64,000 bases of DNA, taken from Ostreococcus lucimarinus. Lineage: Eukaryota. The stretch lies in the NCBI GenBank assembly GCA_000092065.1, contig CP000581.1, one strand, 5' to 3'. A program made the position numbers and the translations under genes. The notes beneath the pieces were generated by a model that worked only from the letters and a program-made list of their open reading frames with translations, was not told the DNA's origin and did no database searches. Below, piece after piece: positions 1-9,655 of this stretch. Each line of letters opens with the position of its first letter. Position 1 is the stretch's first letter.

Positions 1-14
1 ACATCATTCATAAG

Positions 15-428
15 TTGTCGTTCGGGGAAGAATTTCCGGGCGTGGTGAACCCGCTGGACGGCGTGACGAGGACGATGGACGACGCGAACGCCGGCGTGTA
101 TCAGTACCGACTCTCCGTCGTCCCGGCGCGTTACAAGTACCTAGGCTTTCGCGCGCGCGTGGTGGAGAGTAACGATTACTCTGTCACCGATCATTTTCGT
201 GGTTTTGACGTGACGAAGAATCCAGGTCTGCCAGGCCTCTTCTTCTTTTACGATTTGTCGCCGTTGCGCGTCGAGTACGAGGAACGTCGAATCGGATTTT
301 TTCAATATCTGTCAAACGTCGCGGCCATCATAGGCGGCGTGAGCGCGGTGGTGAACATCGTAGACGGCTTGGTGTATCGCGGCCAGCGCGCGTTGCGAGA
401 AAAGGTCGATTTAGGGAAGCAAGGGTAG
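15..428 (+). CDS. C-terminal part of an ERGIC3/Erv41/Erv46-like ER-Golgi vesicle transporter, 5' truncated by the window edge
   Basis: The listed ORF starts with TTG, so the true start lies upstream of the window. The C-terminal motifs FFFYDLSPLRVEY and the TM segment FFQYLSNVAAIIGGVSAVVNIVDGLVY match the COPII-coated ERV family. Confidence 0.45.
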   Translation: MSFGEEFPGVVNPLDGVTRTMDDANAGVYQYRLSVVPARYKYLGFRARVVESNDYSVTDHFRGFDVTKNPGLPGLFFFYDLSPLRVEYEERRIGFFQYLSNVAAIIGGVSAVVNIVDGLVYRGQRALREKVDLGKQG

Positions 429-536
429 CGTTGTGATCAGATGTTGCATCAAATTACAGGACGTCAAAATACACTCGACGGCGAATTTTCATCCTTCCGT
501 CGTTTTATTGAAAGTTGCGAGAATTTAAGAGTTTGT

Positions 537-1379
537 TCAAGGCGGCGGGCCGTCTGGGTGGCACCTCTTGCGAAGATCCATAGCTTCCTTCGCGCACCGC
601 TGACCCAGCGCCGCTAACTTTCGCATGCCATCCAAGAAAGAAAGCGTACCGTCCGCGATGGCCGCCTTGATCGCGTCGTAATCGTCGTGGCACTGCCGTT
701 CGAGCCTTCGCGCCTCGGCGTCGCAGTCATCCGGGTCATCGCCGAAAGTCTCGCCACTTCCGACGACTTGGATCTCCCCGACGCACTTCGACACCTCCGC
801 CGCGGTCTCCGTCGCGCACGCCTGTCCGAGTTCGGCGAACGAAGCCGCGCACTCGAAAGGCGCCAGCTCGTTCTTTTCGCAACGCGTCTTCAACCGCGCC
901 GCCTTCTCCTCGCATTCCTTTTCGATCCTCGTCAGCTCGCGCTCGCACGCCTTCGTCATTTCCGCGCACGATTGTCCGATTTCCATCATCTTCGTCGCGC
1001 ACGCTTCGCCCACCGTCACGAATTCCTTCGCCGCGTCCTCCGCGCTCGCGTCGCCTCGCGAAAACGCCGCCGCCGCGTCCCGCAGCGCCTTCGCGCACTT
1101 CTCTCCCTCCTCCGCGACCTCGTCCACGCACGACCGCGCGTCATCGGCGTCACCGCCGCCGAGCGCCGCGAGCGCGCTCCGCACCAGCGTCGCGAGCGCG
1201 TCCCGCGCGCTCCCACCGTCGCGAACCGCGCGCGCCAGCGCGCGCGTCCCGTCGTCTCCCGCTCGACGATTCGCGACCGCGCGCGCGTTCGCACCGCGTA
1301 TTCCACCGCGCGAGGCGACGATCGCGACGAGCGCGACGAGCGCGACGCTCGAGCGCGCGCGCGCGCGTCTTCGAGGCAT
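537..1379 (-). CDS. hypothetical secreted Ala/Glu/Cys-rich protein with an N-terminal signal-peptide-like segment
   Basis: 280-aa ORF with a hydrophobic VALVALVAIVA stretch after a basic N-terminus. Regularly spaced Cys in KxCxE contexts. No recognisable family. Confidence 0.3.
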   Translation of the reverse strand: MPRRRARARSSVALVALVAIVASRGGIRGANARAVANRRAGDDGTRALARAVRDGGSARDALATLVRSALAALGGGDADDARSCVDEVAEEGEKCAKALRDAAAAFSRGDASAEDAAKEFVTVGEACATKMMEIGQSCAEMTKACERELTRIEKECEEKAARLKTRCEKNELAPFECAASFAELGQACATETAAEVSKCVGEIQVVGSGETFGDDPDDCDAEARRLERQCHDDYDAIKAAIADGTLSFLDGMRKLAALGQRCAKEAMDLRKRCHPDGPPP

Positions 1380-1528
1380 CGCGCGACGCGCTGTGCGACG
1401 ACGCGCGCGGGAGGATTCGACGCGCGTCTTGTAATCCGTGTGTTACATGTCCCGGTCGTGAGACTTTATCCACTCGGCGCGCCGACGCGCGCGCGACACA
1501 CGACGACGACGCGCGACGACGACGCGCG

Positions 1529-2284
1529 ATGCCGACGGCGATGACGACGACGATGGGCGCGCTCGCGTCGACGCGGAGCGGGACGCGACAGAGCGCGAAC
1601 GCGACGCGACGCGCGCGAAAAGCGCGCGGGACGATGATGGTGACGTCGGCGATGATGACGACGGCGGGACGACGCGCGGGACGCGCCTCGGTCGTGACGC
1701 GGGCGAGCGAGGAGACGGAGGATGAATTCGAGGCGAAACTCGGCGCGCTGCGAGGGAAGCGGTCGAAGCGGGCGGCGAACAGCTCGACGGGTGCGGCGGA
1801 TGAGGTCGGCGACGCGCCGAAGCGAAGCGCGGCGTCGCAGCAGAGCCGAGCGAAGGGCGTGCGCGAATTCACGGTGACGGAGAACATCGATGAGCCGGCG
1901 ATCGATTGGGGTAACGAGACGATTGTGTTCGAAGGACCGCCGGCGAGAGGGGAGGTGGTGGCGAACGTGGCGATGTCGTGGACGCTGGTGTGGATTCCGT
2001 TGGCGATTCAAGCCGTCGGTCGCGCGCTCTGGTTGAAGTATAAGATTACGGACAAGCGCGTGAGCGTGATTTCGGAATCTCCGTTGAGGAAGGAGCGCAC
2101 GGATATTCCGTTGGATCAAATCGCGGACGTCATCTCCGTCGGCCGCGGGATCGGGGCTTGGGGGGACATGGTCGTCACGCTTCGGAACGGAGAAAAGGTT
2201 GAGATTCGCTCGTTGCCGGATTTCAAAAAGTGCGAAGACGTGATTCGAGAGAAGATGTACAAGGAAAAAATCATCGATTTTTAA
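1529..2284 (+). CDS. membrane protein with a bacterial-type PH domain (bPH_2/YdbS-like) and a Ser/Thr/Arg-rich presequence
   Basis: ATG start. Hydrophobic segment WTLVWIPLAIQAVGRALWL followed by ITDKRVSVISESPLRKERTDIPLDQIADV...GDMVVTLRNGEKVEIRSLPDF, typical of the DUF304/bPH_2 family. AT-rich 3' region follows at 2285-2345. Confidence 0.4.
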   Translation: MPTAMTTTMGALASTRSGTRQSANATRRARKARGTMMVTSAMMTTAGRRAGRASVVTRASEETEDEFEAKLGALRGKRSKRAANSSTGAADEVGDAPKRSAASQQSRAKGVREFTVTENIDEPAIDWGNETIVFEGPPARGEVVANVAMSWTLVWIPLAIQAVGRALWLKYKITDKRVSVISESPLRKERTDIPLDQIADVISVGRGIGAWGDMVVTLRNGEKVEIRSLPDFKKCEDVIREKMYKEKIIDF

Positions 2285-2347
2285 ATTCTAAATAATATTC
2301 ATTCTCTACGAGCTAAAACTACCCCCACCGTAACCACCGCTTCGTCG

Positions 2348-3027
2348 TCAACCGCTTCGATAATCGAACTCGACGACGGATTGGCCCGCGACGGCCGGCA
2401 TTTCTTGCGCCTCCCACGCCGCGCGATCGTCCTCGTACGACGCGCGCTTCACGACGCACGGCTCGACGGGCACGCACTTCCCCAATCGCGCCGTTCGCGT
2501 CGGACTCACGAACCTATTCGGCAAATTCCTCGCCCCCGACGGTCGCTCGCGCCACCAATTCACGAGCACCGTCACGCGTTGCCCGCGAAACCCACCCTCG
2601 TTCGCCAAAACCCCGTGCCAACGATCGCCCTCGAACGCCATCAACCTATTCTTCCTCACCTCGCACGCGAACACCCTCTCCGGCGTCTCCGGCCAGAGTC
2701 CGCTCGCCGTCTCCTCGCCCGCCTCGCTCGCCGTCGTCTGATCGAACGCCGCCGTCGCGCCTCCCCCTCGCTCCCCGTCGACGTAAAACACGCTCGCCAT
2801 CGCCGGAAACGTCCTCGTCCCGACCCCATCGCGCATCGCCACGTCACAATCCGCGTGATACGCCTTCGGCCGCTCGTTCCACGCGACGTCTTGTATCCAC
2901 CACTCCGCGCCCGCGAGCGCGTCGTCGTCGGCGAGCCCGAGCGCCGCCGCGCACCCGCCCGCGAGCGCCTCGATCGCGCACCGCGGCGCCGCGAGCGCGC
3001 GTCTCGGCGTCCAGAACGCGCTCGTCA

Positions 3028-3067
<40 letters not shown>

Positions 3068-3226
3068 GTCGTCGTCGCCGCCGACCGCGTCCTCGTCCAA
3101 CCATCCCTCGCGCGACGTCGCGGGGTCGTACCCGCCGTCCGCGAGCGCGACGTACGCGTCGACGAACGCGCCGACGCGCGCGAACGCGTCGGCGTCGAGC
3201 GCGTCGTCGACGACGGCGAATCGCAT
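2348..3226 (-). CDS. putative 2-oxoglutarate/Fe(II) oxygenase-like protein with an internal poly-Thr tract
   Basis: First in-frame ATG (MRFAVVDD...) of a longer open frame. HxD (YHADCD), a second His (DRWHGV) and downstream Arg (RVTVLVNWW) are spaced as in the P4H-like cupin fold. The Thr12 run is encoded by a (CGT)n microsatellite. The 5' extension of the listed ORF overlaps the RRM gene on the other strand and is taken as non-coding. Confidence 0.35.
3028..3066. repeat. (CGT/ACG)12-13 trinucleotide microsatellite inside a CDS, encoding poly-Thr
   Basis: A perfect cgtcgtcgt... run is visible in the sequence. Confidence 0.8.
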
Positions 3227-3359
3227 CGCGCGCGTCGACGTGCGGGCGACGGATGGATGGATGGATGCCGAAACGCGACACGCCGACGCGCCGACGCGCG
3301 ACGCCGCGCGCGACGCCGCGCGCGACGTGACCGACGCGTCGCGACGCGTCGCGCGGCCA

Positions 3360-4567
3360 TGCCGCCGAAGAAGACGTTCACCGTGGCGACGAAGGAGGAC
3401 CTGGAACTGCGACGAAAGTATGAATTGCTGCGACAAAAGAAAGAGGCGCGCGCGCGGCGCGAGGAAGCCAAGGCGCGCGAGGACGCGCGCGTGAAGGGCG
3501 CGAGGATGCGCGCGGCGAGCGGCGCGCGGGGCGACGCGCGAGGGACGACGCGCGAGGGGGCGGAATCGAGCGGGCGCGGACGCGACGGCGGCGGCGGACG
3601 CGGAGGACGCGGCGGACGAGACGACGCGAGGGGAAACGCGCGCGTCGGAGGAGGGGGGGGGGACGAGAGGGCGGCGGAGGAACCGGTGGATCCCGCGCAC
3701 GCGCGCGCGAAGGCGATTCTGGCGGGATTGCATAAGAAGAAAGAGCCCGGCGTGGCGGCGTTGAACGCGCGGGCGGCGGCGACGACGGCGGCGGAGAAGG
3801 AATCGGAGGAGGATAAGAAGCCGAAGTTGGTGTTTACGATGGGGAAACGCGCGCCGAAGGTTGCTCCGGTGGTTGTGAAGGCGGCGGAGGAGGAGACGTT
3901 CGGGTACGCGGATACCGTGGTCGGGTACGCGTCGACGGAGACGAAGGCGCCGGAGCCCGAGGCGGCGCCCGAGGCGGAGGCGAAGCCTGAACCGGAGGCG
4001 GAACCCGTGGAAGAGGCACCGGCGCCCGTCGAAGAGGACGCGTCGCAGGGCAAGAAGGAGGTGAAGCGACCGAAGCGACCGGGTTTGCTCTCTCCTGGAA
4101 TCGCGAAACGACAGAAGATGAACACGCCTACGCCGTTCCCGGAAGCCACCGACGGCGTGGGGGAGAGGACGGACAAGGGCGAGCGCGAGATCTTCATCAG
4201 CGACTTACCGGACGGTTGCACGATCGAGAGTCTATCGTTGGCGTGCTATCGCTACGGCCGCGTCAACAGCTGTCGCGTGATCGAGAGAAAGCACTTCGGT
4301 TTCGTCACCTTTGCGGATTCGGCGTCGGCGGAGAAAATCGTAAACGCCGCCATCGCGCACATGAACGATCCCGACAAAGAGCCAGTGATCGTGGACGGGC
4401 GCGTCGTTATGGTTGAATACAGCGTGCAGGCCAAAGGCGACAAGCCTTTCGGAGATGAGATCCGCCAACGCGCGTTGGAGGAACTCGAACGCATTCGCGA
4501 CGGCGAAATAGTCGACGACGGCGGAGACGTCGTCAAGCGTGACATGCTCGTGTACGACGATATTTAG
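3360..4567 (+). CDS. RRM-domain RNA-binding protein with an RG/RD/KE-rich N-terminal half
   Basis: Internal ATG (MPPKKTFTVATKEDLELRRKYELLRQKK). The C-terminal RRM is REIFISDLPDGCTIESLSLACYRYGRVNSCRVIERKHFGFVTFADSASAEKIV. The listed ORF upstream of 3360 is Arg-rich antisense noise. Confidence 0.5.
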
Positions 4568-4669
4568 CATCGAAATTCTACCACCTGCACCGATTAGCGC
4601 GTTGGATTGTTTAATTCGTATCAATCTCCCGAAAACGCCGAAAACGTCGCTGAACACCCACCGCACACC

Positions 4670-6028
4670 ATGGACGATCGCACCGCGCTCCTCGGCGAAG
4701 AGCCCTCGACGCCGCGCGAGAAATCGCGCGGGAGTAGAATCATAGGCAAGGAGTTCGCGCGTTTCTTCGTCCTGGGCATATTCGTCGCCGTCGGCGTCTT
4801 CGTGAGCGCCGATTTCATCGCCAACATCCCGGCGCGGCGAGGCGCCGTGACGCGGCTCGGTCGGACGTGGACGTCCGCGGCCCCGCTCGCGCGTTGGGCG
4901 CACGTCGCGATCGAGGCGAACGTCGACGGGCGCAAGTTCGTCCCGGCGGTGGCCCATCGCGTGGTGGTGCTCGCGCTGTCGACCGGGGAGTCGCTCGCGC
5001 AGACTTACGAGTGGGCGTTGTCTTTGAAAGACGTCGGCGTGCGTAAATTCATGATTGGATGCGTCGACGACGCGTGTTTAAAGACGTTACAATCGCTGGA
5101 TGCGCCGGTGTTCGACGCGAGCGCGAGCGCGGAGAAATTTTCGCTCGACGGCGAGTCGCGCGAAGACGCGTGTCGGTGGGCTTCGCTCGAGAGCGCGAAG
5201 GAGCTTTTAAGCGAAGGGTACTCGGTGATCCTCGCGCAACCGACGATAAGATTTCGTAGGAATCCGATGGAAGTCGTCGCGGATTCGATTTCAAGACACG
5301 GGCGAAATAGCGTGTTCGCGATGCGAGGCGTGCACTCGAACGTCGTCACCGAGAAGGATTTGCGCGTTTGGACGGGTGGGACCTCGCTCGCAAGTCTTCG
5401 TGATGATTTCTTGATCTTCACCCCGGGCTCGCAGTCGTTGATTGATGATATGTTCACGAGTAGGGATGCGGACGTTCCCGCGGACGTTTTAGAGGCTGCG
5501 GGAGCGTCGAGCGATTTAGGATCGGCGGAACTCAGCTGGCGATCGAACGTTGCCTTCGTTCTCAACCACATCCTCAGCGTGAAGACGGGCTTGCGATGGA
5601 AATTAGCGAACGGGCAGGGTCCGGTCGATGCGGCGCCGTTCAAAACGAAACCGTACGAAGTCAGCGTCGACGCCGCGCTCTTGGGCAAAGATGGTTCGGT
5701 GCCAGGCACGACTGCGGAGTTAAGCGGCGTCGCGCGACTGAGCCACGACCGCGTCAAAGTCGTTCTCCTCGACACCGTCGTCGCCCGCGCGCACTGCAAC
5801 GACGCGTCGACGGATAACATGCCGAAGACGTACGTCGTCGGTTGCGATTTGGACGACGCCGCGCTCGCCGGCAGGCGCGTCGAAGTCGACCACCAGTGCA
5901 TGCTGATGAAAGGTTTGGAATCGCGCGTCGGCGGCCTCGGCATGTTCTCAGTTTTCGAGCACAAGGGTGAGAGTCCAATCTCGGATTCTCGCGGCTTCAT
6001 CGGCGCCCTCGACGCGTGCAGGCTTTAG
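4670..6028 (+). CDS. type II membrane protein with a nucleotide-diphospho-sugar transferase (Nucleotid_trans/GT77-like) domain, probable Golgi glycosyltransferase
   Basis: ATG in the context caccATGgac (MDDRTALL). Single TM helix FFVLGIFVAVGVFVSADFI, then VVVLALSTGESLAQTYEWALSLKDVGVRKFMIGCVDDACLKTL, typical of the DUF/GT77 fold. Confidence 0.4.
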   Translation: MDDRTALLGEEPSTPREKSRGSRIIGKEFARFFVLGIFVAVGVFVSADFIANIPARRGAVTRLGRTWTSAAPLARWAHVAIEANVDGRKFVPAVAHRVVVLALSTGESLAQTYEWALSLKDVGVRKFMIGCVDDACLKTLQSLDAPVFDASASAEKFSLDGESREDACRWASLESAKELLSEGYSVILAQPTIRFRRNPMEVVADSISRHGRNSVFAMRGVHSNVVTEKDLRVWTGGTSLASLRDDFLIFTPGSQSLIDDMFTSRDADVPADVLEAAGASSDLGSAELSWRSNVAFVLNHILSVKTGLRWKLANGQGPVDAAPFKTKPYEVSVDAALLGKDGSVPGTTAELSGVARLSHDRVKVVLLDTVVARAHCNDASTDNMPKTYVVGCDLDDAALAGRRVEVDHQCMLMKGLESRVGGLGMFSVFEHKGESPISDSRGFIGALDACRL

Positions 6029-6201
6029 AATTTAATGTAGTTTGCGTTCGCGCGACGACTGTAAAATAACATGTTTCTCTTCGTGCGCTCGAGTCGACGA
6101 CACACTGCGTGACGCGCGGAGTTTCATGCGCGGCGAGCGAGGGAAGACGCAGCAAGACCCGAGGACGGGGACGATCGAAGACGAGACCGCGCTCGACACG
6201 G

Positions 6202-6305
6202 GTGCGCGACGCGACGACGCGACGACGTTTCTCTGAATCGCTGCGTGAGAATCTCAATCAGCGTTTCCAACCGTGACTGACGCGCGCGCCTCGCGTGACG
6301 CACAG
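6202..6305 (+). other. spliceosomal intron in the 5' leader upstream of the Tfb4 gene
   Basis: 5' splice site G|GTGCGCGAC at about 6202, the same as the ALAD and PWWP introns. Branch point ACTGAC at about 6276. AG at about 6305. Confidence 0.45.
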
Positions 6306-6475
6306 AGATAGAGCGAGTCGTCGGTGCGGAACGTTTTGACGCGGGACAGGGCGCGGTGCGGACGGATATCGGGTTCTTCGACGACTTTGACGACGATTTC
6401 GACGAGAGGGCGATTCGAGGGGACGTCGCCGTCGCCGCCGAAGAGAGACGAGACGGCGCGTCGTCCGAGTAAATC

Positions 6476-7450
6476 ATGGCGGCTCGCGAAGACGACGTGG
6501 CGGACGATAAGTCACTTTTAGTTGTACTCGTGGAGACGAACCCGCGGTACTGGGCGGCGAGCGAGGGGAAGGGAGACGGCACCGCGGCGGCGAACGGGTT
6601 GTCGAGCGTGCTCGAGGCCACGACGGTGTTTCTGAATAGTTTCTTTGCTTTGAATCAGCAAAATAGAGCGGCGGTGATCGCGGTGCACGACGATGGATGC
6701 CATTATCTGTATACGTCGCCGTTGGGTGGGGCCATCGACGACGAGGCCGAGGACGCGGAGGACGCGCGTTGGACGAACAAGGTGGGCGGCTTGGATCCGT
6801 TGCAAACGGAAGCGGGACCGACGATGTTGACGCGGTTAGGAGAGTTAAACGCTGGAGACGCTTCGGCAAGTGCGACGGGTAAGAAGCGTACGAAGACGGC
6901 GACCCCATCGTCGCGCGCGGCGATGTCGTCGCCTTTCGCCGGCGCGTTGAGTCTGGCGCTGTGTTACTGCAACCGCGCGCAAACGCTGGAAACCGCCGCC
7001 GGTTTACGAGTCAGACCGCGCATTCTGTGCTTACAAGCATCTCAAGACAATCCCACGGATTACATCTCGATGATGAACGCGATATTTTCGGCGCAACGAC
7101 AATCAATACCCATAGACGCGTTCGCGCTCGGCGAGCACGATTTGCCGTTTCTCCAACAAGCCGCGCACATCACTCGCGGCGCCTACGTAAAGCCCACGCA
7201 TGGCGCCGGTTTGCTTCAATACCTCCTCTCCACCGCCGCCCTGGACATGCGCAGTCGCTCTCACCTCAAGCTCCCCGCCGCGCGCGGCGTCGACTTTCGA
7301 GCCTCTTGTTTCTGCCACAAGCGTCCGGTGAGCGTCGGCTTCGTGTGCTCGGTGTGCCTCAGCATCTTTTGCGAACGTCGATCGTCGTGCGATACCTGCG
7401 GCGCCGACTTCGCCGCCGACGCCCAAGTCACGAGCGTTCCATCCGCGTAG
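6476..7450 (+). CDS. TFB4: general transcription factor IIH subunit Tfb4/p34 (GTF2H3 homolog)
   Basis: ATG start. SLLVVLVETNPRYW opens the vWA-like domain. C-terminal zinc-binding region CFCHKRPVSVGFVCSVCLSIFCERRSSCDTCG. Confidence 0.7.
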   Translation: MAAREDDVADDKSLLVVLVETNPRYWAASEGKGDGTAAANGLSSVLEATTVFLNSFFALNQQNRAAVIAVHDDGCHYLYTSPLGGAIDDEAEDAEDARWTNKVGGLDPLQTEAGPTMLTRLGELNAGDASASATGKKRTKTATPSSRAAMSSPFAGALSLALCYCNRAQTLETAAGLRVRPRILCLQASQDNPTDYISMMNAIFSAQRQSIPIDAFALGEHDLPFLQQAAHITRGAYVKPTHGAGLLQYLLSTAALDMRSRSHLKLPAARGVDFRASCFCHKRPVSVGFVCSVCLSIFCERRSSCDTCGADFAADAQVTSVPSA

Positions 7451-7744
7451 TTTAGTCACCGCCGTCCGCCGCGCGTGTAACGCGACGCGTCCAATCAATC
7501 CAATCCGTTCCGTTCCCATCCGCCGCGCGTGGCGCCGGACCGCCGGAGACGGTTAAAAACAGTTGCGCCCGAGAATCATCATTCATCGTCGTCCCGCACA
7601 CCACCGCGCCGGTCGCGCGTCCCATCGCGAATCGTCGCGCGCGCGCGAACTCCGCGCGCGCGCGCGCGCGTTCGTCTCGCCTCTCTCGCGCGCGCGCGCG
7701 TCGAAACGAACGACGCGTCGCGACGAATTTCAAACTTGGCGAAC

Positions 7745-8509
7745 ATGTCGCGCGTCGCCGCGACGATGCGAGCGCAGCGCGCGGGAAACGCGGGAAATCG
7801 ACGCCCCGCGGCGCGCAAACGCGCGGCGAAGCGCGGGGACGACGCGCGAAGCGTCGGGGCGCACGCGAACGCGGTCGCGCTGCCGACGAGCTTGGTCAAG
7901 GAAGCGACGGATGGAAAGCTGGAGCTCGCGAGCGACGAACGCGTGTTGGTCCTGGACGTCGGGTATCAGACGATCGATATCGTGCCGTGGCAGCGAGCGA
8001 TGGTGCTGCAGATGATGATGAAGGTGGACGTGATCAGTTACTACGACGGGCCTTGGGCGCTGAGCGCGGAGGAGGCGTATTACGTGCCGGCGGTGGTGCG
8101 CACGCGATCTTACAATAGGCACCAGAGTCACAAAACGCCTTTGATTTCGTTGCATAGAAAAAATATCTTCATCAGGGATGGGTTTCGGTGTCAGTACTGT
8201 GGGAAGGGTGAGAATCTCACCGTCGATCACGTGGTGCCGGCGTCGAAAGGTGGGCCCTGGGCGTGGGAGAATCTCGCCACGGCGTGCGCGAAGTGCAACA
8301 ACAAGAAGGGCGACAAAACGTTGTCACAAAGCGGGATGCGGCTTCGAACGACGCCCACGGCGCCGACGGTGGCGAACATGTGCATGTATACGCGCCATGG
8401 ACGGTTCGTAAATCCACCGGAAGAGTGGGTGCCGTACATACCAGTCAATCAAATCGTTCGCACGCACAAGGACAAGAAAATTTCAAATCCCGCCGCGCGA
8501 ACAAGGTGA
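7745..8509 (+). CDS. HNH endonuclease domain protein with an organellar-type presequence
   Basis: HNH motif CQYCGKGENLTVDHVVPASKGGPWAWENLATACAKCNNKKG. Start taken at internal ATG (MSRVAATMRAQ); the listed ORF extends further upstream in an Arg-rich open frame. Confidence 0.55.
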   Translation: MSRVAATMRAQRAGNAGNRRPAARKRAAKRGDDARSVGAHANAVALPTSLVKEATDGKLELASDERVLVLDVGYQTIDIVPWQRAMVLQMMMKVDVISYYDGPWALSAEEAYYVPAVVRTRSYNRHQSHKTPLISLHRKNIFIRDGFRCQYCGKGENLTVDHVVPASKGGPWAWENLATACAKCNNKKGDKTLSQSGMRLRTTPTAPTVANMCMYTRHGRFVNPPEEWVPYIPVNQIVRTHKDKKISNPAARTR

Positions 8510-8600
8510 GCGCTCACGAATCGCCGCACGCTGTAATTACTAGTGTACGCTGCTCTCTGTTCAAATATGCAAGTTGTTATCAAATAATTATCACTTTCCT

Positions 8601-9557
8601 TCAACTTTTCGTCGTCATCAATCGTTCTAAGCGCGCGGCCTCGTCTTTGACGTTTACAGTCACCGTGCGCACGTCGCCGCTCAACTGCACCAGTCCAGGC
8701 TTGGCGCCGCGTGGTTTACTCACTTGCCGGCATCGCACTAGCGACACGGGCGCGCGCCCGACCTGATTGGCCTTACTATTCGCAGCCGCTAAAACCGCCG
8801 CGTCTATCATCGTTTCCTTCGGTAAATCGTCTCCGGTGTATCGAATGACGACGTGCGATCCCGGACACCCCGCCGCGTGCATCCACCAGTCTCTCGAGTC
8901 GCGACACTGCGGATCACAACTCACGCTATCGTTATCTGAGGACGTTCGCCCGACGCGTATATCAATCCCATCCACGCTGACGAACGTCCAGTACGGCATC
9001 CTCGGTTTATCCGACCTCGGCCCTTTCACCTTTGGCACTCGCGGCGGTCGCGCGGGCGGCGCGTCGTCCACGCGCAACGCCTTCGCGCGCTCGTACGCGT
9101 CATCGACGAACATCGGCGAATTCACGCTCTTACACCCACGCAATACGTCACTCAACGCATTTAAATCATTGAGCTCAGTCTTGCAACTCGTGAGATCGCT
9201 CGCGATCGCGTCGACGTCCGGACAGGCGGCTAACTCGGCTTCGCTCGCGTCCTCCTTTGCCATGAGCGCTTCCACCGTCTCTCGCGCCACGCGAAGTTTC
9301 GTCGTCGCCTTGCCCACCTTCTTCAGCGCGCGCTCGATGCGTCGCTGCGTTTCCTTGCGCATGCCGTCGAGGTTTATCTCATCCGCTGGCTTGAACGACG
9401 TGGATTCTTCCTCAGTTTGTCCCGAAGTCTCAGCCGCCCTGAGCGGGACGACGACTTTGCGAGCAAATTTACGCGTCAACGGCGCGCGGTGGTGCGTCGA
9501 GGAGGTGATACGCGCGCGTGTGTTCGCACATGGCGTCGCGAGGCGCGTCGCGAGCAT
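8601..9557 (-). CDS. DUF814/NFACT-R domain protein (CCDC25/Jlp2/FbpA C-domain type), likely organelle-targeted
   Basis: MPYWTFVSVDGIDIRVGRTSSDND...WWMHAAGCPGSHVVIRYTGDDLPKETMIDAAVLAAANSKANQVG matches the NFACT-R_1 signature. A presequence-like MLATRLATP... precedes it. Start assigned to an internal ATG about 100 nt inside the listed ORF. Confidence 0.5.
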   Translation of the reverse strand: MLATRLATPCANTRARITSSTHHRAPLTRKFARKVVVPLRAAETSGQTEEESTSFKPADEINLDGMRKETQRRIERALKKVGKATTKLRVARETVEALMAKEDASEAELAACPDVDAIASDLTSCKTELNDLNALSDVLRGCKSVNSPMFVDDAYERAKALRVDDAPPARPPRVPKVKGPRSDKPRMPYWTFVSVDGIDIRVGRTSSDNDSVSCDPQCRDSRDWWMHAAGCPGSHVVIRYTGDDLPKETMIDAAVLAAANSKANQVGRAPVSLVRCRQVSKPRGAKPGLVQLSGDVRTVTVNVKDEAARLERLMTTKS

Positions 9558-9655
9558 CGCGCGCGTCGTGCGTCCGGCGCGCGGTGCGTTATGACGCCGC
9601 GGGACGCTCGGGCGGCGCTGCGCGGCGTCGGCCGCGCTCGATCCGTCTCCAAGAT

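Noticed and set aside
2381-3359. 5' 330 codons of the 728-aa plus-strand ORF (Arg/Pro-rich)
   Set aside because: It overlaps the better-supported minus-strand oxygenase-like CDS. The sequence is low complexity (poly-Arg from the CGT repeat). A conserved-looking protein only begins at the MPPKK ATG at 3360.
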